Shown in pieces: positions 1-10,199 of a stretch of 64,000 bases of DNA. The position numbers were made by a program, and so were the translations under genes. Below the pieces are notes generated by a model. The model was not told where the DNA came from. It saw only the letters and a list, made by a program, of their open reading frames with translations, and ran no database searches. Source of the DNA: a virus (lineage: Duplodnaviria > Caudoviricetes); the IMG/VR virus record IMGVR_UViG_3300012979_000027, positions 128,001 to 192,000 of that record; one strand, 5' to 3'. Every line of letters starts with the position of its first letter. Position 1 is the stretch's first letter.

Positions 1-234
1 CATAATCCACTTCATCGGGCGAGAAGACCAACCACAATTATGGCAGTATATTAAATTTTTAGATGGAATATACCAACAGCGCTTTTTCTTCCCAAATGAT
101 TTACCCTCTAAACATATAGGACATGAGCAATGATATGTATCATTGCTCTTTTGATAATCTACACCATATCCGAACTCGTAAAACTTTTTTATTACGTAAT
201 CTTTAGGAAGATTGGAAAATGTCGAAGTAATCAT
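1..234 (-). CDS. DNA primase (T4 gp61-like), N-terminal part, runs off window
   Basis: Not in ORF track; manual translation from ATG 234: MITSTFSNLPKDYV...HCSCPICLEGKSFGKKKRCWY...YCHNCGW, a CPxC/CHNCG primase Zn finger. Confidence 0.85.
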   Translation of the reverse strand, partial: MITSTFSNLPKDYVIKKFYEFGYGVDYQKSNDTYHCSCPICLEGKSFGKKKRCWYIPSKNLIYCHNCGWSSRPMKWIM

Positions 235-1147
235 TGATATATCCGTGCTGAATATTAACTTGCTCTTTCTTCTGGAAAGCAGAAAACCATTCATTAATTT
301 TTCTGTATATATTCCAGAGTTCTAATTTTTTAATCAAGCTCTTAAAGTCTTCTTTATTTGCCACTACTTCTTTTTCAATAGACATTTCATACCAATCAAT
401 TTCATCCTGATGATTCATAATTTCATCAAGCTTCATCAACTTAATATTACGCTCGAAAATATCAATTTCTTCTGGCTTCAAAATGCCTGATTTCTTTAAA
501 GACTCCATATCAAAGGATTTCCCTAAACAATCTATAACTTCTTCGATACGAGTTTGTCTGATACCCTTTACTCCAGAAATATTATCTGCAATATCACCTC
601 TGAGTGACTTTTTGATAATAAATTCATAACCATCATTCACTGCAAATTTCTGTTTAAGAAAAACTTCGTTAATTTGCATCTTTCGTTTAGGATTATAAAA
701 TATATTTCCATTCAGCTCAGGGACAATGAGCTGATACATATCAGTATCTGTTGTAACAAGAATACATTCATTCGGATACTTCTTAGCGCACAACCAATAC
801 ATAATATCATCCGCCTCAAAATTCTTAGGAGTCATCTGTTTAACCCCTAAAGAATTAAGAATTTTAATGATGAATGGCATATAAGAATAAACCTCTGCAT
901 GGTCTGGTCGAGTTCCTTTATATTCTTCAAGAATCTCCTTACGTTCATTGATAGAATTTTCCTCTCGATAGTCCCAACAAACAATTATCTCAGAAGGTTC
1001 AAAAAGACGAATATAACTCTTCAAAATATTCAGGAATACATAAACTGAATATGAAGAGACTTCTTTATACTCAACCTCATTCTTTTTATATGCCCAAAAT
1101 GCACGATGAAGCAAGTTATTGCCATCTATAACTAATCGCTTTCTCAT
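203..1147 (-). CDS. rnh: RNase H / 5'-3' flap exonuclease
   Basis: IDGNNL, YKGTR, EADD, TTDTD, GDIADNISGVKGI motifs. Confidence 0.9.
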   Translation of the reverse strand: MRKRLVIDGNNLLHRAFWAYKKNEVEYKEVSSYSVYVFLNILKSYIRLFEPSEIIVCWDYREENSINERKEILEEYKGTRPDHAEVYSYMPFIIKILNSLGVKQMTPKNFEADDIMYWLCAKKYPNECILVTTDTDMYQLIVPELNGNIFYNPKRKMQINEVFLKQKFAVNDGYEFIIKKSLRGDIADNISGVKGIRQTRIEEVIDCLGKSFDMESLKKSGILKPEEIDIFERNIKLMKLDEIMNHQDEIDWYEMSIEKEVVANKEDFKSLIKKLELWNIYRKINEWFSAFQKKEQVNIQHGYINDYFDIFQSS

Positions 1148-1148
1148 T

Positions 1149-1454
1149 TTAGAATAAATTTAAGATTTCTGGTTCTTTTTCATTTAATTTAAGTTCTGAA
1201 TCTGCCTTTACGACTTCAAAAACATCATCAGGTAACTTTTCTACAAAGTCAAACATTCGCAACTCAGGGTGAACCGGGTGATATGTATCAGTATTCAATG
1301 CCTTTTGTACTGTAGAATTATTCATTAAAAACAGTTCTCCAGTATGAGCATCAAAGAAAAGTAAACGGCCTTTATATTCCTTCACATAGATAAACATATG
1401 AAAGCGTTTTACCTTTCCTAACTGACAATATACGTTCCCAGGTTCAATGTTCAT
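1149..1454 (-). CDS. hypothetical protein
   Basis: ORF tightly packed in replication operon. Confidence 0.7.
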   Translation of the reverse strand: MNIEPGNVYCQLGKVKRFHMFIYVKEYKGRLLFFDAHTGELFLMNNSTVQKALNTDTYHPVHPELRMFDFVEKLPDDVFEVVKADSELKLNEKEPEILNLF

Positions 1455-1776
1455 TGCGTTCTTTATAAAATGGTGATTCTATATCATTAATTGTGATTTC
1501 CTTATCAGCAAGTTCCTGTAAAATGATATTCAACGAAGAAGTTTTAAGATAATAATTTCGGGGCCACTTATTTCCTCCATCATTAATTTCAAACAAAATC
1601 TTGAACTCTTCAATCCATTTATAACAAGTAATAAAAACCGACTCTCTTCCAGGACTAACGCAAATAGTCCATTTACGAGAATCTTCGGGCGCGTATTTGT
1701 CAAAAATACGCATTACAATATAACCCGAATCACGTAGTCTCTTAATAAAATAACCTGGTGTATCAATCTTGTTCAT
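1444..1776 (-). CDS. hypothetical protein
   Basis: ORF overlapping neighbours in operon. Confidence 0.7.
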   Translation of the reverse strand: MNKIDTPGYFIKRLRDSGYIVMRIFDKYAPEDSRKWTICVSPGRESVFITCYKWIEEFKILFEINDGGNKWPRNYYLKTSSLNIILQELADKEITINDIESPFYKERNEH

Positions 1777-2543
1777 TTCATCTTCGAATTGAAAAGATAT
1801 TTTACGAGAACTCCCTCAGAAATACAGGTAAACAATAGAGCCTCAAAAGTCTTAATCTTATTTCCAATCTTAATAACTTCCAACTGGATTTCAGGGATAG
1901 AAAGGTTCAATGAAGAAAGAGAATCAACCGCGATAATAACCTTATCATCAATTGTACCTTCACCGTCTACACTTATAAGAAGAGAAATATTATCAATATT
2001 ACTGATGGTTCTATCATTAAGTTCCGCAATAAGTCCGTTTTCATTCTGATAGAAATATACTTTATTAGAACCGTCTGCGAAGCTCGCAATATGAAGAATC
2101 TCTTTAATCTGGCCCTTATCCAACTTGGTCTTATAAGTAGATTGGAAATTATCAAACCACTTAGCAGTTACATGCTTAGGAATTTTCTGAGCAGGAAGGT
2201 CATCAAGAATAAACTTAGCTCCGGTTACCTTAGAATTACGGAAATAAATGTAGTTATTCTTAATCTCAAAAGTAAATGTTTCCTCTTCATTCATAGAAAG
2301 AAGTTTAATAAACTTTTGAAGGTCCGGAACATTAATCTCATAAGATTCATTCTTTGCAAGATTAATATCATCTTCATTAAGAATATGAACCTTAGAACAG
2401 ACAATAATACTAGATGAATCTTCCGAACATGCGATACACTCAATATAATTCTTATAAATCTTTAAGGTAGCACCGCCCTTAAAGACTCCCGAAATTGCAG
2501 AAATGAATGTTTGAAACTCCTTAGTTGATACTGTTATTTTCAT
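1773..2543 (-). CDS. sliding clamp (gp45/PCNA-like)
   Basis: 256 aa, two repeated clamp-like beta/alpha domains, replication context. Confidence 0.7.
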   Translation of the reverse strand: MKITVSTKEFQTFISAISGVFKGGATLKIYKNYIECIACSEDSSSIIVCSKVHILNEDDINLAKNESYEINVPDLQKFIKLLSMNEEETFTFEIKNNYIYFRNSKVTGAKFILDDLPAQKIPKHVTAKWFDNFQSTYKTKLDKGQIKEILHIASFADGSNKVYFYQNENGLIAELNDRTISNIDNISLLISVDGEGTIDDKVIIAVDSLSSLNLSIPEIQLEVIKIGNKIKTFEALLFTCISEGVLVKYLFNSKMK

Positions 2544-3199
2544 TTTGTAGTCTTACGCTTCTTTTTAACTGGTGCTTTAGGTGCATCTTCTTCATCATCA
2601 GTAAGAGACATAGATACTTCTGGGTCATAAACTTCCATCTGTTGCTCCATTTGAGGCTCTTCACTTTGAAAAGAAGGTCCTTGAACGTCGGCTGCTTCAT
2701 CAAAGTTCACAGTCGGGTCCACTACATTAATTAACTTTTCAAGACGCTGAACAAGTAAACCATTAAGCACTGCTATATCTTCCAGCTGTTCTGTTACTGG
2801 AATCAATGCTTCCTTAACAGCTTCTACAATCATTGCATATTCATCGCTAGGAGGAACAGCAACTTGCTGAACAGGCATGGAATTTTTGCCCAAAAGCTTA
2901 TTAATTCGCTCTTCACGAGATGGCTTAGGAGGGGCGGGTTGATAATTCATAAATTGCATATTCTGTTCTGGATATATTTGATAATTCATCATAGGTTGAG
3001 GCTGAAATTGAGGTTGAGACTGAACCATTCCTAAACGTTGTCTTATACTATAATCAGCATTTTCTACTGCGTTAATATTTGCACGATTTCTATTACCAGA
3101 ATAATCGCCTTGCTCGTTTTCTTTATAAGATTTATCAATAAGTCTAAGGTCTCCCCCAGCCATTGCCAACAATGAACGAACTCCTTGACCGGGATTCAT
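2540..3199 (-). CDS. hypothetical low-complexity protein (Q/P-rich, acidic then basic tail)
   Basis: ORF track, operon position. Confidence 0.7.
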   Translation of the reverse strand: MNPGQGVRSLLAMAGGDLRLIDKSYKENEQGDYSGNRNRANINAVENADYSIRQRLGMVQSQPQFQPQPMMNYQIYPEQNMQFMNYQPAPPKPSREERINKLLGKNSMPVQQVAVPPSDEYAMIVEAVKEALIPVTEQLEDIAVLNGLLVQRLEKLINVVDPTVNFDEAADVQGPSFQSEEPQMEQQMEVYDPEVSMSLTDDEEDAPKAPVKKKRKTTK

Positions 3200-3217
3200 A
3201 ATTTTCTAAAAAGTTTC

Positions 3218-3236
3218 GGGGCTCATTTTGAGCCCC
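3218..3236 (-). terminator. hairpin terminator after gp32
   Basis: GGGGCTCA-TTT-TGAGCCCC stem flanked by A/T runs. Confidence 0.6.
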
Positions 3237-3252
3237 TTTTGTTAATGTTTAA

Positions 3253-4206
3253 TTAGAGCTTAGTTGTATCAAAACCATTCTTAGCAAACCAATCATCAAC
3301 ATCGCTTGCTGAAGTATCATTTGAGGTTGAAGTTGCTATGGCAACCGGCTTGGCTGCAAGAGCAGGCATTTCATCCGCTGTTACACCCTGAGTAGCAGGT
3401 GTTGTCTTAGCAGGGATAGAAGATGCCTCATCTGTATCAAGATATGTATCGCGGAAAAGCTTGGTAATTTCATCAAAATCAAGAGGCTGGTCAAGAGTAG
3501 TAAGGTCATGACAAGCATTATAAATCTCATGAATCTCTTCACGGGACTTACCAAGGTCAGTATCAGAAATACTAAACTCAGAAGTGCTATAATCATTCAA
3601 GCCATACTGATTCTTAGTTACACGAACAACAAGATTTACACCATCAGGGCTGAGGTCATAAACCTTAGGACCAACATTGATTTCAATATTCTTGTTACCA
3701 GAATACTTACGGGCCTGGTCAGTCCAAGACTTATCAAGTTCACCATTAAGAGCAGAAGTAATAAGATTCTGAAGCTTCTTACCCATATCAAGAATCTTTA
3801 CCTTACCCTCATTTTCAGGGTTAGTCGGGTCCTTGATAACATATACATTCACATAAGCGCCAGCCTTATAGAAAAGACGGTCATTCATTTCCTCCTGTTC
3901 CTCCTTGGTGCCCTTGTACTTAATACGATAAGAGTAATCACTAATTGGACACTTAGCACCCCATGTACGAGGAGAAAGAACAGCATGCCACTTACCGCTG
4001 GAATCCTGCCAACTATAACGCTGATACTTTACAAATGTTTTCTTAGAGACCTGCTCACGACCCTCCTTAAGATAAGGAACAAGTCGAAGAACATACTCCT
4101 TACCCACTTCAAACTTAAGCTTTTCCTTCCAAATGCCATCAGCACTGTTCTGAGACATTACAGAGTTCTTAACTTCGCTAAAAATATCATTAATATCGAT
4201 GTCCAT
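3253..4206 (-). CDS. single-stranded DNA-binding protein (T4 gp32-like)
   Basis: NVYVIKDPTNPENEGKVKIL, YDLSPDGVNL, NDYSTSEF, acidic C-tail DVDDWF. Confidence 0.9.
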   Translation of the reverse strand: MDIDINDIFSEVKNSVMSQNSADGIWKEKLKFEVGKEYVLRLVPYLKEGREQVSKKTFVKYQRYSWQDSSGKWHAVLSPRTWGAKCPISDYSYRIKYKGTKEEQEEMNDRLFYKAGAYVNVYVIKDPTNPENEGKVKILDMGKKLQNLITSALNGELDKSWTDQARKYSGNKNIEINVGPKVYDLSPDGVNLVVRVTKNQYGLNDYSTSEFSISDTDLGKSREEIHEIYNACHDLTTLDQPLDFDEITKLFRDTYLDTDEASSIPAKTTPATQGVTADEMPALAAKPVAIATSTSNDTSASDVDDWFAKNGFDTTKL

Positions 4207-4219
4207 TTTCTTTATCTTT

Positions 4220-4846
4220 CTAATTTAATTTGTTTATTCTTTTACCTAATTTATTTCCTATTTCTTTTAACTTATTACTACTAATATATTTTTGTTTTGT
4301 TTCAGAAAATTTCTTATTAAAATTATTGAATAGAATTTCTGTATAATCAGTTTCTAACTGAGTTCTAGAAACATCTAAAGCATGAAGATGATAATAAGAA
4401 ATCTTTTGTTCATTGAGATGAACGAGAATCAAAGGAATATTATTTTCATTTACTGCAGTTCTGTATAGCTCAGTTGGTAACTTATTTGCGATACAAAAAC
4501 CTATGATGAAACGTATTCCTTCGATAAAATCGTTAAGAGATTTATCGCTATCTATATACTCATCGTACTTGATATTGTTGTACTTACTATATGCAACAAT
4601 GGCACTATGATGTAGATAATCACTTAACTTAGCATATTTAAGCTCCTTAATTTCTAAGTAAGCAAGAAAAAATATATAAGGAGAGACATGCTTAAACTGG
4701 TCAAAAAATACCTCTAAACGATAAAGAGTAGTTAAGGTATCTTTATCGAGTTTTTCAAAATTTTTACGTAACTTATAAGGTCTATCGTTTACTTTTGCTA
4801 TTGCTTTCAGATATTGATTATAAATGTTCGCTTGCTTTTCGTTCAT
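4220..4846 (-). CDS. hypothetical, possibly gp59-like helicase loader
   Basis: Basic, helical 208 aa between gp32 and helicase; function inferred from synteny only. Confidence 0.4.
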   Translation of the reverse strand: MNEKQANIYNQYLKAIAKVNDRPYKLRKNFEKLDKDTLTTLYRLEVFFDQFKHVSPYIFFLAYLEIKELKYAKLSDYLHHSAIVAYSKYNNIKYDEYIDSDKSLNDFIEGIRFIIGFCIANKLPTELYRTAVNENNIPLILVHLNEQKISYYHLHALDVSRTQLETDYTEILFNNFNKKFSETKQKYISSNKLKEIGNKLGKRINKLN

Positions 4847-5135
4847 TGCGAGTTTGTCCTATAGTTTTACCTAATTTTGAAATGTATTTTGAAGTTGCAA
4901 TAGATGGTTCTATAGATAATAATGTTCTATAGATTTCTAAGTCAGACTCTTCGTTAAGAACATGCTTTAAAATATTTCTATAACGTTCATCCGTTAAAAC
5001 CATCGCAAAAATATGCTGGAAATTAAGTTTCTTATTCTTAATCAATGAACAAAGAGTGGCGAAATTATAAACAATCGTCTTAGATTCTTCATAAACAAGA
5101 CCTTCGTACGGCGCTTTAATCTCATCGTATTCCAC
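4818..5135 (-). CDS. hypothetical protein
   Basis: ORF track, operon position. Confidence 0.65.
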   Translation of the reverse strand: MEYDEIKAPYEGLVYEESKTIVYNFATLCSLIKNKKLNFQHIFAMVLTDERYRNILKHVLNEESDLEIYRTLLSIEPSIATSKYISKLGKTIGQTRNERKASEHL

Positions 5136-5146
5136 TATGCTATTAC

Positions 5147-6493
5147 TTATGATGCTTTTTCGATAATTTCATCTAAAGTTAGAGCATTTTCTATAGCAGT
5201 AATAGCGCATTTGTCTTCTTCACTTATATTATCGCTGCGACTTTCTCCCATATCTTCAAAACGAAGATTAACATGATTAAAATATAAGTTGATAGAGAAA
5301 CCGTTTCCACCTAGGCGGGATTTAAGGAAAGTGCATCTCATGATATTCATTTCCTTATCTTCGGGCTGCTGATTAAGATTAATAATAAGGTCAGCTTCGG
5401 AGGCAATCGCAATAGATTCAGCAATGTGGCTAATTTCTTGTGTTTTCTCCTTCATACCTTCACGATTAATTTGGCAAGCTGTCCAAAACGGTATATTATA
5501 TTTGTATGTTAAAGCACGTAATTTACGTGTTATCATCTTACCTGCTTCATTAGAATTATCTGCGCCATGAACAGTCAAAAGAGTAAGATAATCAATACAA
5601 ACTAAATCAAAATTATAACCTGACTTAATTAAACCATCTATATAACCGTCAATTTGTTCAACAGTCATTGTTGCAGGTGGGAACTCTTTGATAATAATAT
5701 TTCCATAATTTTTTGACTTAACTTTTTCTTTCAATTCCTCAGTCATAAATGCCAAAGAGTTAATCGGTAAGTCATAGAGAGCAGAATAAACACGACCTGC
5801 ATATACCTCTTCAGCCATTTCAAGAGATATTATTAGTACATTCTTGCCCATCTTAGCAGCATTAACTGCAATATTACCAAGCATAATTGATTTACCCATA
5901 TTTGTAGGTGCAGTAACAATAGAAAGACATTTACCTTTAGCTAATACACCACCATTTGTATATTTGTCAATTTCAGTAAAACCAGTCGGTAATTTATTCT
6001 CAGTAGTTTTAAGAGAATCAATAAACTTCGGCAAATCATTATAGATATTATAACCAGGCTCAAAGAGTAAAGATATACCGGCAATTTCCTCAAACTTATT
6101 AACAAGAGCAGAGGGGTCAACTTCTGATTTACCAATTTTATCTACTACTTTAGTAAGAGTTAGAAATGCTAATTTTTCTTTAATAAACTTCTCAGCTTTA
6201 GTATAAATTATATCCTTACTTACTGATTCTAAATCGATTGAAGATGTATCTTCAATTACTTTTTTAAAAGAATTAAAGAAATTAATGTCATTCGCAAAGA
6301 GTTTAATTTCATCTTTGGAAGGAATTTTAGAATAATTATTCCAAAAATCTTTATAAAATTTAGCAATTATATTATAGGAAGTTTCCGAAAATAAATCATT
6401 ATTTAAGTATCTTACAACTCTACTCATAAAAGTAGAATCATTAATAATAGATTTAATAATGAGCTTTTCTAAAAACTTTTTGTTAATTTCCAT
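5147..6493 (-). CDS. replicative DnaB-like helicase (gp41)
   Basis: Walker A APTNMGKS, ISLEM, IDYL, TACQINR, KSR; start moved to ATG 6493 (MEINKK) downstream of AGAAC motif. Confidence 0.93.
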   Translation of the reverse strand: MEINKKFLEKLIIKSIINDSTFMSRVVRYLNNDLFSETSYNIIAKFYKDFWNNYSKIPSKDEIKLFANDINFFNSFKKVIEDTSSIDLESVSKDIIYTKAEKFIKEKLAFLTLTKVVDKIGKSEVDPSALVNKFEEIAGISLLFEPGYNIYNDLPKFIDSLKTTENKLPTGFTEIDKYTNGGVLAKGKCLSIVTAPTNMGKSIMLGNIAVNAAKMGKNVLIISLEMAEEVYAGRVYSALYDLPINSLAFMTEELKEKVKSKNYGNIIIKEFPPATMTVEQIDGYIDGLIKSGYNFDLVCIDYLTLLTVHGADNSNEAGKMITRKLRALTYKYNIPFWTACQINREGMKEKTQEISHIAESIAIASEADLIINLNQQPEDKEMNIMRCTFLKSRLGGNGFSINLYFNHVNLRFEDMGESRSDNISEEDKCAITAIENALTLDEIIEKAS

Positions 6494-6601
6494 TAAATTT
6501 ATTTTTATTTTTGTTCTAAACACTTTTTGAGTAAAAATTTTAATTTTACTTCATTGATAACAGAACTAATTTAAGTTTTACTTAAAATTAAGCGATTAAA
6601 T

Positions 6602-8680
6602 ATGTGTACAACTATGTTTTATGTTAGTAGAAATAAACTAATTGCTGAAATCCTTAACGAGGACCTTGCTTTTGACGGAAGCTCTAATAATCCTCGTAAA
6701 AGAGCTTCACTTATTCATAATAGTAATACGGAGCAACAAGAGGGAAAGAAGCAGTCTAAGGGTGGCCAGAAAAGATTTACTGGTGATACCGCTACGACTA
6801 ATCTTATTTTCCGTCTTCCTACCCGCGCGGAACTTGTAGCAGCTGAAGATGCTTGTAATATGCGTATCAGTGGTGACTATCAGATGGGCCAAATTATTGT
6901 CCTTTCTAAGATTCTGTTTGATTTTGACATTCTTCACAAGATTTATCGTGCTAAGAAAGATAACTGGAATGACCAAACTTATAACGCTGCAGAAATAGAT
7001 AAGTTGACAGCACGTGTTCGTCAGATATTCCAGCCTAAATTTTATGCTCCTGATACTCCTGTAGAGCAAATTGCTGAGGACCTTGAGAATTCTACTGATT
7101 CGCTTGAAAGAGAATATGGTGTTCGTATTCCTGAGCTCATTGGCGCAATTCCTTCCTGGAAAACTGCATTAACCGTTTCTCCAAAAACGAAATCTTCTCA
7201 GATGCCTAATGGATTTAGCCCGATTCTCATGAAGAATCTTATGACTCTTGTTGGTGATGATAAAGCTAAGAACATTTATTCTTCAGTTAATGAACTCTTG
7301 ATAGATGCTGCATCTAAGTTTAAGAATCCCAAGGTTTATGCAAAATATGTAGAACGTTGTCAGACTCTTCAAGCAGTTCTTAATGAACCAATTATGAAGA
7401 AAATTTTTGATAAAGCTATGACTTCCAATAATGTTACTGATGTTGAAGAGCTTGTACTTTTCCTCAATAATGGTCTTAAGAATAGTCGTGAAGAAAAGAG
7501 AACCGGTAACACTGTTGCAATTATTCATAATAATGCTCTTAAGGCAATTCAAAAGGCAGACTTGATGATGAAGCGTCATGGCTTTAAGGATGGTGTTCGT
7601 AATATCCATGATATGTTTGAATATCTTCAAGAATATCATCCCGAATCCTTTGCACATATTTGTCGTACTTATGGATTAAATGAGGATACCATCCATCAGT
7701 TCAATTCCTATCGCGAATTTTGTGATTGGCTTTATAGTGACCCAAAACGCCTTGGTCAAATTTATCTTTCCGCTCGAGTTGAAGGTAAAGGTGGTGCACG
7801 TATGAATGTTGTTTATAATGAACTTGATAAGAAGGAACGTAAAATACGTAAAGATGGTATGAAACGTGGGCCTCGCACTTCTTCAATTGATAAGAAGGAA
7901 GCTCGATTAGAAGAGATGAAAGAAGCTATTGAGCAATTGAAGAGCGAGATAGAAGAACTTCCTAAAGGTAGCCCTGAGCGCATTGAAAAAGAAACACTTC
8001 GAAAGAAACTTAGCAAAAAGTATACAGATTACAGATGGCAGGTAGAAAAAGCCAAGGCTAAGGTAGCAGAAGCTGAAAAAAATGGTATTGCAGCTCCTGA
8101 GGTAAAGAGTTATGATGATGAAATCGATGAACTTCGTAAACGCAAGGAAGCAATCAGAGACGAAGAATATAATCGTCTTAAGGATGATGTAGATATTGAA
8201 AAGTTTGAGGACAAGTATTCCAAGGAAGCCAATCGATATAGCACTGGTGAATTTGATATGGCTGAAGGTTATGTTACTATGGCTTTTTCACTTAATCTTA
8301 CCGCTAACGGCGCTGATGAAGAGGTTGCTGAATGGATTGAGCAGAAAACTGAAAAGTATTTTAACAACGCTGAACTTAAAGCCGGTAAGGAAGATTTAAT
8401 TAACGTTTCTTATGAACCTGGAAAGTATGAAGGCAAAATGCGTATGTATCCTTGCACCCGATTTGCGATTGACTATCCAAGGTCTTCCGCCCTTTATGCA
8501 AAGCTTAAGAAGATGGAAAAGTCTGAGCGTATTAAGTTTGTAGCCGAGTTTATCGAGAAGATTATTAACGCTGTTGATAAAGAATTTGGTCTTCATCTTA
8601 ATATTATTACGTCCGACAAGAATCATCGTATCGTAATAATGTCTAAAGAGGAATCGCCTAATTATCGATTCAGTCATTAA
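6602..8680 (+). CDS. large hypothetical, probable late/virion head protein (start may be 6614)
   Basis: TAAATA upstream, N-terminal EILNE-D protease-site-like motif, coiled-coil middle. Confidence 0.6.
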   Translation: MCTTMFYVSRNKLIAEILNEDLAFDGSSNNPRKRASLIHNSNTEQQEGKKQSKGGQKRFTGDTATTNLIFRLPTRAELVAAEDACNMRISGDYQMGQIIVLSKILFDFDILHKIYRAKKDNWNDQTYNAAEIDKLTARVRQIFQPKFYAPDTPVEQIAEDLENSTDSLEREYGVRIPELIGAIPSWKTALTVSPKTKSSQMPNGFSPILMKNLMTLVGDDKAKNIYSSVNELLIDAASKFKNPKVYAKYVERCQTLQAVLNEPIMKKIFDKAMTSNNVTDVEELVLFLNNGLKNSREEKRTGNTVAIIHNNALKAIQKADLMMKRHGFKDGVRNIHDMFEYLQEYHPESFAHICRTYGLNEDTIHQFNSYREFCDWLYSDPKRLGQIYLSARVEGKGGARMNVVYNELDKKERKIRKDGMKRGPRTSSIDKKEARLEEMKEAIEQLKSEIEELPKGSPERIEKETLRKKLSKKYTDYRWQVEKAKAKVAEAEKNGIAAPEVKSYDDEIDELRKRKEAIRDEEYNRLKDDVDIEKFEDKYSKEANRYSTGEFDMAEGYVTMAFSLNLTANGADEEVAEWIEQKTEKYFNNAELKAGKEDLINVSYEPGKYEGKMRMYPCTRFAIDYPRSSALYAKLKKMEKSERIKFVAEFIEKIINAVDKEFGLHLNIITSDKNHRIVIMSKEESPNYRFSH

Positions 8681-8700
8681 AAATATTTTAAAATTATATG

Positions 8701-8734
8701 AAAACCCGCAGGTAAATCTGCGGGTTTTCCTTTT
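8701..8734. terminator. bidirectional intrinsic terminator
   Basis: AAAACCCGCAG-GTAAAT-CTGCGGGTTTT between convergent genes. Confidence 0.85.
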
Positions 8735-10199
8735 ATTCATCTTCATTGAGAATCTGTTGTTCCATCTCGATGTCCTTTTTAATCGCTGCTTGTCGCTCAG
8801 CTTCAGTTTTATAGTGCCAGGCTTTTTCTACATAAGGTTGTAACTTATCAATAAAACTTTCCCAGAATTCTGCATCAAATTGGATATCTTTAGAATATCC
8901 GTAAAGTTCATCAGTTTCTGCATCATAGATACGGCCTGCACGATTAATTAATGCACCAAGTTCCAAAGCAAGGTCCATCAAACCATAATACTTAGAAAGA
9001 CCATTTTCAAATGAAAGGTACATATAAGCTTGGTTTAATGGCTTACAAATACGGTTCTTTACGCCGAGACCTCTGATTTCTATACCTACTTCACCATGAG
9101 AACCACCGACGGCTTCTTCTGTAATTTTACGGTCTTTATCACCGGCTTTTACATTATTAGCAGAAAGCTGTACAATGGTGGTCGGAAGGTATCGCACAAT
9201 CTTACCACCAGGCATCGGCTTAACTAATTGTGTAAACATTGAAGAGGGGTCATCGTAAATATGATTTGTGCAAATAATAGTAGTCTGAGTCATCCCGGCT
9301 AGAGAGTTACAGGCTTTAATGAGAGACTTCATAGAACCTGCATAAGAACCCATATCCTTAGATTCAGAACCCTTCTCCATTCTCTTATAATCCATCTCAG
9401 AAATCATAGCACCAAGAGAATCGATAATAATAAAGAATTGACCAATCAAACCAAGTTCATGCACATTAGAAAGGAATTTGTAAACAGCATTCTTACATTG
9501 CTCAATTGTCTTAACAGGAAAATAGATAATCTTAGATGTATCAAGACCGAGATTTGATGCGAATTCATGATCAATAGCAAACTCTGAGTCAAATATAACA
9601 ATTTGTTTACCAGCTTGTTGCGCTCTTGCCGCTGTTTGCAATGCCAGATATGTTTTACCACAGTTATGGTTGGAAATACCACCTGCCCAATATCGATGAT
9701 TATTATGATTGACCGTAATATCATATACTTTTTTTATACCAGTATCTTCAATTGAAGTTACACCCTCGTCACCAAATATCGTTTTTAAAATTACGCCAGG
9801 CTTAATATCTTCGATGGCGATCCATCCATCTTTTGCAGATTCAACCATATGAGTATTTGATGCTTCCAATATACAAGATTTTGTTTTAATTAATTTACAC
9901 TGCTTTTCTTGTTTAACGATAAGACGTATAATATATTGTAAATCATCAGGGGTATCGATTAATAGGCGAGAATTATTATTTTCAATTAAATCTTTAATAG
10001 AAACATCTTCCATATGTTGGAGAATATGTTGTCTAAAAAACGCATATAACTTTTCTTTATTTTTATTAAGTGTTAAGTGGTTTCCTTTATTAATGCGAGT
10101 TAACGTTGATAAAGACACCCCAGTAAGAGTTGCAATTTTACGTAAAGAGTAAAATTCCATTAACTCATTGACAATTTCTTTCATTGATATAATACTCAT
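8733..10199 (-). CDS. uvsX: UvsX/RecA C-terminal part fused to HTH + split-intein C fragment
   Basis: aa1-60 HTH; intein blocks (ASNTH, WIAIEDI, VYDITV, GISNHN) end at 9663; then CGKT, FDSE, IIDSLG, TNH, PGGK, KNR RecA motifs. Confidence 0.9.
   Translation of the reverse strand: MSIISMKEIVNELMEFYSLRKIATLTGVSLSTLTRINKGNHLTLNKNKEKLYAFFRQHILQHMEDVSIKDLIENNNSRLLIDTPDDLQYIIRLIVKQEKQCKLIKTKSCILEASNTHMVESAKDGWIAIEDIKPGVILKTIFGDEGVTSIEDTGIKKVYDITVNHNNHRYWAGGISNHNCGKTYLALQTAARAQQAGKQIVIFDSEFAIDHEFASNLGLDTSKIIYFPVKTIEQCKNAVYKFLSNVHELGLIGQFFIIIDSLGAMISEMDYKRMEKGSESKDMGSYAGSMKSLIKACNSLAGMTQTTIICTNHIYDDPSSMFTQLVKPMPGGKIVRYLPTTIVQLSANNVKAGDKDRKITEEAVGGSHGEVGIEIRGLGVKNRICKPLNQAYMYLSFENGLSKYYGLMDLALELGALINRAGRIYDAETDELYGYSKDIQFDAEFWESFIDKLQPYVEKAWHYKTEAERQAAIKKDIEMEQQILNEDE
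9663..10199 (-). mobile_element. split intein C fragment (179 aa including N-terminal HTH)
   Basis: Terminal His-Asn followed by Cys+1 at 9662-9660. Confidence 0.85.

Noticed and set aside
3508-4284. 258-aa plus-strand ORF
   Set aside because: Antisense shadow of gp32 from codon bias; no motifs
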